Below, one piece after another: positions 32,455-42,548 of a DNA stretch of 64,000 nucleotides (the first letter of the stretch is position 1; the number at the start of each line of letters is the position of its first letter). A program made the translations under genes and the position numbers. This DNA is from Caecitellus pseudoparvulus (lineage: Eukaryota > Protista > Bigyra: Bicosoecida). The stretch covers positions 124,001 through 188,000 of the forward strand of contig CBFFRQ010000089.1 of NCBI GenBank assembly GCA_965644315.1, written 5' to 3'. The notes below the pieces were generated by a model. That model searched no databases. It saw only the letters and a list, made by a program, of their open reading frames with translations, and was not told the origin of the DNA.

Positions 32455-35400
32455 CTACTCGCCGTCCACATCTGTGAACCGCAGCACGAACCCCCCTGAC
32501 AAGGACTTGGCAGGGGACGCGCCTGGTCCTCGGCTGCTGCACCGCACTGAGCGCGGCAGGGGCGGCGGCATGCGCGAGGCGACTGGCGTGCCCAGCGCGG
32601 CACTGAGGACGGCCTGGTTGGCCTGCTGGTTGTGCAGGGCAGCAGTCATGGCTGTGGGGTGGTCGTCCCCTAAGCCGCTCTCAAACACGGCCGCTGCGCC
32701 GTAGGCGGCATCTTCTTTGGCGTAGCGCTCCTCCAAGTTCCGCACGTCAGCAGCAGCGGCTGGCAGCGGGGCGGGGGTGGTGGGGGGTGACGGACCGATG
32801 GACCGCGAGCGATCTGCGGCACCCACATGTTCCAGTGACTCCTCGTGGCCACTGGAGGTGCTGCGTTCGTCGTCGGAGTCCGGTGCGCCGCGGGCAGCCT
32901 TGGCGCGAGGTCGAGGGGGGGTCATGCCCCCCTCTGGACCCCCCTCATCCCCCCGAGCGCGCTTGTACCCTCCTTCCAGCGCCAGGGGTGCCCTGACGCC
33001 CTGGTCCACGATGCGTTGCACTGAGAACAGCGACTGTGTGGCAGGGGTGACTGCACCTGCACCGTACCCCGGCGTGGTCATGAGGGCAGTGGAGTTGGGA
33101 GGGGGGCTCATGCGGCCAGAGGGGGGGGGCTGGTCCGCAGGCGTCAAGGACCGCGACAGTGTCCGTCGCGACAATCGAGAGCGCCGTTGAGCTGGTCGCG
33201 TCGCGAGCTCGGGGCTGGCGACCGCCAACCCCTCCATGGCCGCAGCCGCCGCATGCGAAGCCGGCACCCGGCGACGGCGGTGGATGGCGGGCATGCCAGC
33301 AGTGGGGGTGGCATCCGAGGGGGCAGGTGGCGCAAGTACTTGCGCGGGCGAGGTTGCACTTTGGCTCCAAAACGCCGGGCGGGGAGGCTGGCCGCTGCCC
33401 AAGTCCGCTGGCGTGGCGGGGAGGCGGGGGGGGGCGATGAGGCCTGGCGTGTTCAGCCCTGTGAAACCCAGGTGCACTGCAGCAGCAGGGGTGGGGGGGG
33501 AGACAGCCCCCCCCCTTGCCAGGTCGTCGCACGGCGACGCCACGCCAGCGCCCCGCTCCCGCCGGCGGATGCCAGTGGCGTGGCTGGCCGGGCGTTGGGG
33601 GGGCGACCCGCTGCGTTGCAGGGTGTTGCGAGTCACTGGGGGGGTGCAGGGGGCATCCTGGTCCTGTTCCCCCGCATCGATGGTCACGTCGCTTGCCTCG
33701 TCGATGGCACGTCGCACACGCCGAGACCTGGCCACGGTGGCGGGGGAGAAGAACGACGACGGCGACAGGGGCGGGGCGCGGGCGGTGGGCCCATCGGGGT
33801 CGGAGTGGGCACTGGCAGCGGTGAAGGTGGCGCCACCCCCCGCCGTCGCATCCCCCCTCCCCGCAGGCGGACCAGGGGGGGACACGAACCCCGCAGGGGG
33901 GCCCCCAGGCAGGCTCACTGCCGAGGGGCCTCCGCTGCTCTGCTGCGTTTCACGCGCAGGTCCGGACTGAGCTGTTGGTGAGGGGGGGTGCGCGCCCCCC
34001 CCCCCTCGCCGCTTGGACAGCCCCATGATGGTGACGCAGTGCTTGGAACCAGGCAGCTGCAGAACGGCGGTGCCGCTGTCAGTGGCGGGTGTGGGGGCGG
34101 ACCCCGTGCCGCTGGACCCCGCCCCCCCCCCAGCGGGATACGCCAGCTGCATGGCGACGGGGGCGCCATCGGCACTGACTCCCAGAACAGGCATGACCAG
34201 AACAGCGGACGAGTCCAGCATGCCAGGCAGAACAGCGGGGGAGGGGGGGAGGCCCTGGGCGGACTTGGGGGGGGTGCCCTTGCTGTCCGAGGGGGGTGAC
34301 GAGGCGGCACTGCCCCCCGTAATACGCCCCACCATCTCCAGCAGGCGCTTGTTGTGTTTACGGGGCAGGGGCGGCGGAGGGGGGGGCTGGGAGGCGGGAC
34401 CCCCCCCCTCACCCCCCTCCTCCGGCGGTGGACCCTGCTCCTCCTCATCATCCTGCGGGTGTTCGTCTTCGTCCATGAGCGTAATACGCCGCCCGCCCCC
34501 CAGCAGGGACTGCCGCCGCCCCCCGAACATGGCCACGGAGGGGGGCATGTGCGAGGGGGTGGCGCCTGCGGAGGAGGTGGGCCCATCCCCCGCACCCCCC
34601 GCCTCAAACCGTGGGCCCAGACTTTCCACCCGCACCGCACTGGTGGCCGCCGCCACCTGCGCCACCGCCTGCATGAACAGGGAGCTCAGCATGGGGTCCT
34701 GCACGTGCTCCGTGGAGGGGGGGTCAGTGGCAGGCTTGGGGGGGGTCGTGCGCCCCGCCGCGCCACGTGCCACGCCCTTCCGCCGCTGTCTGCGCGTGTG
34801 AGCGTCCTGCCACAGGGCGATGTCTGAGTGGGGCGTGCTGGTGGAGGAGGCCGGAACACAGCCGTCTGCAGGGGCCGGTGCGTTGCCGCTGGGCGTGCGG
34901 GTGCTGGATGCGGAATTTGAAGGCGCCCCGCTTGTCACACCACGCCGACGCTTGCTGGGCGCGCGGCCCTCGGCCTCTTCATCTTGCTGCGTTGAGGAGT
35001 TTTCCTCATCGACGTTTGCGTCACCTGCAGCACTGCCTGGTGCCTGTGCCGGCACAGGTGCGGCGCGAGCTCCTCCGGGTGGTTTGAGGCCCATGCCGCT
35101 GCCCAACGCAGCAGCCCACACCAGCCCCGCTGCAGCAGCAGCCGTGCTGAGGGGGGGTGGCGCGCTCGGCTTTGACGCGGCCCCCGCAGCTCGCGAGGCA
35201 GCCACCTGCGAGGCGGCCGCAAACGCAGCAGCCATGGCGGAAGCTGAGGGAGGGAGGGGGGGTGTGGGGGCCCCCCCTCCCAGGCGGATGAGCCCCCCTT
35301 GTGCTGACACGGACAGGGCAGCGTTGGTGGCTTCCTTGGTTGTGGGCACGAACACTGGTCCGTGGGGGGTGGGCACAGCCAGAAACCCCATGGCCAGCAA

Positions 35401-36718
35401 CGCAGGAATGGGCGGAAACGCACCAGGGCGCACAGGCGGACCAGGGGCGGGGGCAGGGGCGGGGGCTTCTCGCTTGGTGTCTGGGAGCGTTCTCGACTTT
35501 GGCTGCTTCCCATCCTGCTGCGTTGAGGGCTTGGAGTCACTGCTGCTGGACCGCGGGCGTGTCGGCGGCTGTGGGGCGGTTTTGGCTGCCTCAGCGCTCG
35601 CTGACTCGCCACCCTCGCCGCTTGCCGTTTCTGACGGCGAGTCACCGGTCTCACTGGGGTCAGTGGCGACAACGGCTGACTCGGCGGCTGCGCTGCTTGC
35701 TGCGGCGGCAGGCTTGCCTCGGCTGCGCGAATTGGCGGCGGCAGTGCCCACGCTGCCAGATGCAGCCGCTGCCAGAGCAGCCTCGTCCAACGCATCACAG
35801 GGCAGGGTGCGGCAGGTGGCAAGCTTTTCCACATCTTGCGCTGTGGGAGGCGGCACCTTCAACGCCACGTCTGCGAACCCTCGCTCCACAGCCAGCTGGT
35901 GCACTGCAGAACGGGAGGTGGGGGTGGTGCGTCCATTGCGTGCGGGTGGTGCCAGGCGGATGGGCGTGCGAAACGCACTGGTAATGGCGCAGCGCTGCAG
36001 GCTTGCCCTGGGCAGGACCTTGTTCTGCACCAGCACCCCCCCATCTGGCGGCAGGATGAGGGTGTGTTGCGGCAGGGGGTCGTGCCCCTCCGCCAGGCGG
36101 GCCACGGCACAAGCCACCTTGCGCCGCACGTCAGCAGAGCCATACGAGTGGTCTCCACTCATGACCTTCTTGCGCATGGAGGAGTTCCAGTGGTTTTTTA
36201 TGCTGTTGTCGGTGCTGGGGTGGGAAGGGGGGGCAGGGCGTGTGGGCGTTGGCTGCGGCACTGCACCAGCCTGCAATCACGCACCGCCCGTCGATGACTT
36301 TGGCTATGTCGGCCCACTTGTTGCCCAGCGCTGCGTGTGCTTCGAACACCCACGTGTCCTCTTCCGCCGTCCAGTTCCCCTTCCGGATGCCGGGGTTCAG
36401 GTGGTTGTGCCATCTGTGCCAGCCCGGGGGTGGGATTTGAACGACGTGCGGCAGGCGGCGAGGCAGACGGTGTGGCACCCACCGCTCCCGGCACTGCTTG
36501 CCGATGCGCCCAGGCAAGTGCTCAGCGATGACCGACCACTTTTGCGGGCCGTAAATTGCCACAAGGTGCCGCACCAGGTCATCTTCCTGCGGCGCAGGCG
36601 AGCGTGGTGGACGGAGCACCTCATTGCAGGCGGCCGGCTAACCCACTTGAATGGTCCAGGCGCCTTTGAACATGCCCCCGCCCGGGCGAGGGCGCTTGCC
36701 CCGTGGCCTGCCAGACAT
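32455..36718 (-). CDS. Two-repeat (R2R3-type) MYB transcription factor with long disordered C-terminus (4 exons)
   Basis: Splicing across 3 canonical introns gives KGAWTIQEDDLV...WSVIAEHLPGRIGKQCRERWHNHLNP...WTAEED...GNKWADIAK...GRTDNSIKNHWNS. Confidence 0.93.
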
Positions 36719-37191
36719 CACCCTCTGCGCCCTGTCACTGTGCTGCGCAGTGCTGCCAGCGGGGGGCGGCGTGGCCGCTGCGGCAGCTGCACTGCAGCAA
36801 GGCAGGTGACACACGCGACTCGTGGGCTGTGCACCAAGCGAGAGGCTGACCAATGGACCGCAGTGCTGGCGTCTGCTGATGAACAGCTCCGCTGGATTTT
36901 TATTGATTACTTGACTTGGTCGTCAATGCAGTGGGCAGGCAACTGTCCAATGCAGCGCTCTGCTCTGGATCGGTGGAAGATGCTGGCCCGTTGGGAGCTG
37001 CCCAGCACGCACAGATCGAGAGCTGGCAGAATAGAAGGTCGTCACCATTTCGCAGCTAATTGTAACACACCCGCTCCCTCTCTGGCGCACCTGTGCACTG
37101 CCCGTGCAAAAAGGCCATTCAAACCGGCACCGAGTGCAGCACGTGCAGCGCAAGCGATTTCCGCGCCGCCAACCCCTCCCACACGCACACC

Positions 37192-39576
37192 ATGAGCGGC
37201 CCCCACGCCACCACAGCAACACCCATGTGGGCGGAAGCTCCTGCATCAGCGTTTGACACTGAAACTTGGGCTGCCGTGCTGGCTGGCGGCTCAGCAGCCT
37301 TGGAACGCCGTCGCACAGTGCTGGCGCACCTGCACGCTGAGCTGGCAGACGAGCCAAAACGCGGCACAGAGCACCTCAGCCGCCCGGCAGCAGTTCTGCG
37401 AGCTCTGCGTGTGTGGCGTGCCATGCAGCGCCTGCAGCTGGCGCACAGCTGGGGGGCGCCTGAGCGCCGGGATATGCTCAGCTACAGTGGCGAGATGGGC
37501 CCCTTCACCGTGCACGACATGATGTTCGTCGGAACACTCCAGGCGTTGTGTTCCGACGAACAGTGGCGCCGCTGGGGGCCCCTAGCCCAGGCAGGCGCCA
37601 TCACCGGCTGTTACTCCCAGACGGAGCTGGGGCATGGGGGGAACGTGAGCGGACTGCAGACCATCGCACGGTGGGAGCCGGAACACGGCGACCTTGTTCT
37701 AGACACGCCCTGCCTTGGCGCTACCAAGTGGTGGTCGGGGGGACAGGGCGTTGCGGCGCAGTTCGCAGTGGTGTTCGCCCGCCTGCTGACTCCCACGCCA
37801 GGCGCCGAAGGCACACACACCGACCACGGGGTCATGCCGTTCTTCGTGCAACTGCGGGACCGAGTCACCCACACACCCCTGCCTGGCGTGACGGTGGGGG
37901 ACATAGGCTCCAAGCATGGCTTTGCCCCCGTGGACAATGGCTTCCTGCAGTTGCGCAGTGTGCGTGTGCCCCGTTCCGCACTGCTGGGCAGGGTGGGCAC
38001 CCTCGCCCCTGACGGCACCCTGACCCGCCCACGAGGCAGCGCCCAGGCGGCAGTGTACGCCGGCATGCTGTTTGAGCGTGTCGGCATGGTGTCTGCCAGT
38101 GCCTTCTCCCTGGCTGTCGCTGCCACCATCGCTGTGACCTACAGCTGCACTCGGCGGCAATTCCGCTGGCCTGGATCTGGGGTACGCGGGCCCCGCCGCC
38201 TGTGTGTGCAACGCAGGACGCCGGTCGAGTCAAGAGATGCGCTGGTGGAGCCTTTTCACGTCTCGGTGACTGCGGTGGGTGGGCCCACGCCCCCGCAGGA
38301 GGTCCCCCTCATGGCGTACCAAACCCAGCACTGCCGCCTCGTGCCTGCCGTGGGCCTGTCTTTCATCACGCACTTCACAGGGCAGGTACTGCATCAGAGC
38401 TACGTGCAGATGCAGCAGGCGCTGGGCGGGCCTCACGCCGCTGCTGCTGTCACCGCCCTGCATGGTTTAGCAGCGGGTCTGAAGGCCGTCTTGTCCGAGG
38501 ATGTCAGCGGCGCCATGGAGGCGTGTCGGCGGTGTGCGGGGGGACAGGGCTACCTCAACGCCTCCGCCCTGCCGCCGCTGTACTCCTCCTACGTCCACGT
38601 GGCCACTGCGGGTGGGGACACGTTCGTCCTGACGCAGCAGCTGGGCCGGCAACTGCTCGCCGCCCGCTTGGGCATGGCCAGCCCCAGCACGGGGCACCCC
38701 TACGCCGCCCACCTCCTCGCATACGTGGCGGAGGAGGTGGAGGAGGCGGATGCCCCCCCCGACACAGACACTACCCCACCTTCCCTGGGAACCCTCTCAT
38801 GCCACCTGCGTAACCTGACTCGGGCGGCTCTGGATGACGTCGCGGCGACACTGCAACGCCTCATGGAGGGGGGTCTCTCTGCTGCGGGGCTGGGCACGTC
38901 GCAGCGACCCCTGCCCTTTGCTGAGGCGTGCATGCACCTGCAGCACCTCATGCTGACTCCTGTGTGGGCCCATGTCCACGCCTGCATGGCTGCCTTTGCG
39001 CAGACATCTCTGGACCTCATGTGCCAGCAGGCGGATGGCCAACCAGCCTCGTCCCAGTCAACCCAGTGGATGCATGCGCCTTCCCACGCTCCCTGTGGCA
39101 TGGATGTGCTGCAAGCCATTGCTCAGGGTGCCTCTGTCGCTGCTGTGCGCGAGAAACGAAGCCCTGTGCCAAGTGCACCGGACACGCACAGCGTGCGGCA
39201 AATCTGCCTTGCGGCCACGCTTGGGGCGGTGCTGCAGCTGGAGGGGGCGTTCTTGCAGCATGCAGTACTGACCCCGGCAGTGACGGGGGCATGGCGTGTG
39301 CGCTGGCTGGCCTTGTGTGCGGAAATGGCCCCCCTGGCGCGGCATGTGGTGCGCGCCTGGGACGTAACGCACCACGTGCACGGCTCTGTGCTGTGCCCGC
39401 CCACACCCCACACCTCCAGCGAGCTGCTATGGCTATCAGCACAGCAAGCCCCCCTGAACAGCCCTGAGTACGCACCGCACATCGCGTCGTTGGTGGGAGA
39501 CATTTCTTCCCTCGGCGCTGCGGCACTGCAGCAAACACACTCCGAGTCAACCCCAGACATGACCGCCAAGTTGTAA
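37192..39576 (+). CDS. Peroxisomal acyl-CoA oxidase-family protein
   Basis: Motifs GCYSQTELGHGGNVSGLQT, ATKWWSGG, GVTVGDIGSK, DNGFL and EACRRCAGGQGYL, plus C-terminal PTS1 AKL. There is a possible in-frame intron at 38182-38298. Confidence 0.92.
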   Translation: MSGPHATTATPMWAEAPASAFDTETWAAVLAGGSAALERRRTVLAHLHAELADEPKRGTEHLSRPAAVLRALRVWRAMQRLQLAHSWGAPERRDMLSYSGEMGPFTVHDMMFVGTLQALCSDEQWRRWGPLAQAGAITGCYSQTELGHGGNVSGLQTIARWEPEHGDLVLDTPCLGATKWWSGGQGVAAQFAVVFARLLTPTPGAEGTHTDHGVMPFFVQLRDRVTHTPLPGVTVGDIGSKHGFAPVDNGFLQLRSVRVPRSALLGRVGTLAPDGTLTRPRGSAQAAVYAGMLFERVGMVSASAFSLAVAATIAVTYSCTRRQFRWPGSGVRGPRRLCVQRRTPVESRDALVEPFHVSVTAVGGPTPPQEVPLMAYQTQHCRLVPAVGLSFITHFTGQVLHQSYVQMQQALGGPHAAAAVTALHGLAAGLKAVLSEDVSGAMEACRRCAGGQGYLNASALPPLYSSYVHVATAGGDTFVLTQQLGRQLLAARLGMASPSTGHPYAAHLLAYVAEEVEEADAPPDTDTTPPSLGTLSCHLRNLTRAALDDVAATLQRLMEGGLSAAGLGTSQRPLPFAEACMHLQHLMLTPVWAHVHACMAAFAQTSLDLMCQQADGQPASSQSTQWMHAPSHAPCGMDVLQAIAQGASVAAVREKRSPVPSAPDTHSVRQICLAATLGAVLQLEGAFLQHAVLTPAVTGAWRVRWLALCAEMAPLARHVVRAWDVTHHVHGSVLCPPTPHTSSELLWLSAQQAPLNSPEYAPHIASLVGDISSLGAAALQQTHSESTPDMTAKL

Positions 39577-39829
39577 AAGCGCCACAATGCTGGCAAGGCG
39601 GACAGGAGGCAGTTGCATTGTGGGCCACACGTTGCCTGTGTAGACGGGATCCTGATCACCCTTGGATGGTGCTGGCAACCTGAAAAGGTTAAACGCTCGA
39701 GGGCGGTGGGGTTTTGCAGGCGTGGCGACGGGCACAGCATGCACTGCGCAGTGTGTGCCCGTGGTTGACCTGCTGCAGGGTCAAGTTGAACGTGGCGGCG
39801 CTCGGGGGAATGCAGGCCCCACTGAGACC

Positions 39830-41431
39830 TCAAGCCTTGCTCTTCTTCTTGGCAGACTTGTCCTTCTTGGCAGACTTGTCCGTCTTGGCTGATTTGTCCT
39901 TCTTGGCAGACTTGTCCTTCTTCGCAGACTTGTCCTTCTTGGCAGACTTGTCTTTCTTGGCAGACTTGTCTTTCTTGGCAGACTTGCCTTTCTTGGCAAG
40001 CACCCCATGCGTTTCAGCTTCAACTTGGGCGGCGTGGTGTGATGCCACCGCGCCATCTTCATGCCTCCTGGCCCGTTTGCTGGAAGGCGCCGCTCGCACC
40101 CCCCGCGCCTCCTCTGCCTCCGCCTGTGCGCGCAGGTGCTGTGCAGCAGCCAGCGCAGCCTGGGCATCTGCCGCTGACTCCGCGTGGTGGGCCTGCACGG
40201 CAGCGACGAGGTCAGCTGACAGCCCCTTGCTTGGGGCCCTGGCGCCGCCTTGGGCCGGCGCCGGCGCGCCCCATGATAGAGCTGAGGAGAGCAGGGTGCT
40301 GGACAGGTCTGCGCGGGAGGAGGCCTTCTTGGCAGCCTTGGCCAGCTGCCGCGCGCGTTTGTGGGCCTTCTTGCCGCGAACCTGCACCGCTGAGGCGACA
40401 TCAGCTGCAGGGCCGCCCTCCCCCTCCGCCCTGCTCCACTCTTTGTTCACAACTGCCACCTCTGTCGGCTCCACTACCCCTGCGGTTTGGCCAGGCGGCA
40501 GGTCGCGGTCAGTTGCGCGCCGCAGCGCTGCCTCCCACACACGCCGAGCCACACGGTACAGGTGCAAGGAAGCCACCGCATCCTCGTCTGGAGAGTGTGT
40601 TCCAGCTTGAATGGTGCGTCCCAGAACATCCAGAGTCACCTTGGACAGCTTGCGCGGGCGGGGGCGGTCGCCGCCCGTTTCCCGCATGAAGGGCGCGAAA
40701 AACGCCGTGTCACGGGTCATGGAGCGGGGGTGCTTCAGCTTCAGCGCTGTGGGGTGCAGAACAAGGCAGTGAGCAGCCGCGTGGAAGGGCGCAGGGCGCA
40801 CCACGCACCGTTGAAGTCGTTCTTCAGCGCGTGCCCGACCACTGTGCGGCCTCGCAGCAGGCTCGCCACCTCCGCCTGCACCGTCGTGAACAGGGGCGCC
40901 CCCACCAGGTGGCCAGCCGTCACACCGCTCACCCACGTCCGGTAGTCTGTCACGCGGTCAATCGGGTGAGAAGCGGGTGAGAAGCGGGTGACACAGGGTG
41001 AGAGCAGGAGGAACGCTGCTCAGTTTGGCTAGCCTCTGGAGGCAGAGCCTGGAATGTGGCAGGTGGCGTGGCGCAGGAGGCAACTCACCTGAAACTTCGT
41101 CTGTAGGCCTGACGTAGGTGCAGTACACCACGCGCCCGTGGAAGTTCACGACGCAGACCTGGGCCAGAATGCTGATTTCGCTGTTGGGGCCGACGCCCAC
41201 CATTTCGCAGTCCAGCGCCACGACAGGCGTCAACGGCGCAGTGGTGCGGCGCCCAGCAGCCGAAGCGCTACGCATGCGCCACTCTAGGTCGGCCGCAGCG
41301 GCTGCTTCAGAGGAGGCGCTGGAGGACTTGCCTGCTCCAAGGATGTCATCTGTGCCAGGCCGCTGCTGCGTCTCGCGCTGGCGCTTCTTCCCACGGCCCC
41401 GAGGCACAGAGTGCTTGCCAGTGCCACTCAT
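39830..41431 (-). CDS. REXO4: RNA exonuclease 4 (DEDDh; 3 exons) with Lys-rich repeat tail
   Basis: Motifs ALDCEMVGVG, DYRTWVSGV, VGHALKNDF, RDTA and IQAGTHSPDEDA. Confidence 0.92.
39833..39995 (-). repeat. Coding 18-bp tandem repeat (KKDKSA x about 8)
   Basis: cttcttggcagacttgtc units at the REXO4 C-terminus. Confidence 0.9.
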
Positions 41432-42548
41432 TTTCAAACACGTGGCACCTCGTACAGCGCCTTCTCTTGGTGCGTGCTTGAGGGGGGCTCCTGGCAGGCG
41501 AAGCAATCGTGGTGCAGGGGAACACCGCAACCAATTTCCGCACAGCAAAGAGTTCCCTGTACTGTGCTGCAAGGCACAGTTCGAACGAAGGAAAGCAGCT
41601 GATGCCAGTACTGAAAGCATGTTTTCACTTGGTGGGGTTCCGAATTGTGCACAGATTACCGCTAGAACTTTGCGCCACATTCCCGCGCTGCCGGCTGGGA
41701 GTGCTTCCTGAAACTTGCTCACAACTCGGTTCAAGCGCCGCGCAGGTGGCAGAGACAGTAACAGCTGGAAGAGATCACCTCTTCGTGATAGTATGAGGGC
41801 TTGACCTCCTTGTGATCCTTGAAGAGGCGTGGGGCATGGTGACCGCCCGGCTATCCAACAGGTTCGGCTTCGACACCCATCTGCTTCAGCGACGTTCGAG
41901 GCACCCACTGCACGCCTTGCAGGGGTGCGAACGGTGCAGTCGAGAACAGACGATTATGTCAGGTCCCTGTTGAGGAGGTTTCAGTGCAGAAGCCTGCGTG
42001 GGGTGGACGATGTTCCCTTGATGTAGAGGGGAGCAGTGAGGTAAACCAAAGCATGAGATGAACACAGTGCGAGGCAGGGGGCGGCCTGTGTACAGAAAGA
42101 AATAGCTGAGAAGCCTTTGGGGAGGCTGTTAGACTGGGAGGCAGCAAGTCATGTTGCAGGCGGGCGCAGGGAATGAAGACGTGCACGTACGGCGAAGGCG
42201 TGCTGCTCAGCTCGCAGCGGCGAAAAATGCTGGTAGCCGCTCCGTTTAATCACGACCAGGGCTGGGCCACTCGACGTATTCTCTCCATACCTGCCATCAG
42301 GTGTCAGCTTGCTTGGCGGGGTGGTCTCTTCGCGTCAGCACTTGCGCTAGGATTACCCAGCTTGGTGAGAATTACCGCAAGTTGTTGCGCTAATTTTTCC
42401 CAGCGACAGCTCGCACTTCGCCCTTTCCGCCACTTCCAACATTCGCCAAAAACCCCAGTTGTTCATCTTATTCTCATCTTCATCCCTCTTGTCAAACTCA
42501 TCCTACCCTTCTCTGTGCAGGCACCCAGCTCCGCTGCTCACCCGCAAC

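Noticed and set aside
34820-37195. 791-aa plus-strand ORF
   Set aside because: It is antisense to the MYB gene, low complexity, and runs across its introns.
41432-41908. N-terminal extension of the REXO4 ORF
   Set aside because: It begins at a non-ATG codon, has no recognisable motif, and lies in the divergent promoter region.
42430-42446. Oomycete-like Inr/FPR core promoter match (also 14771-14786) and the recurring ATTTCCGC motif
   Set aside because: The matches are short and degenerate. ATTTCCGC also occurs in introns and CDS, so it cannot be supported without TSS data.
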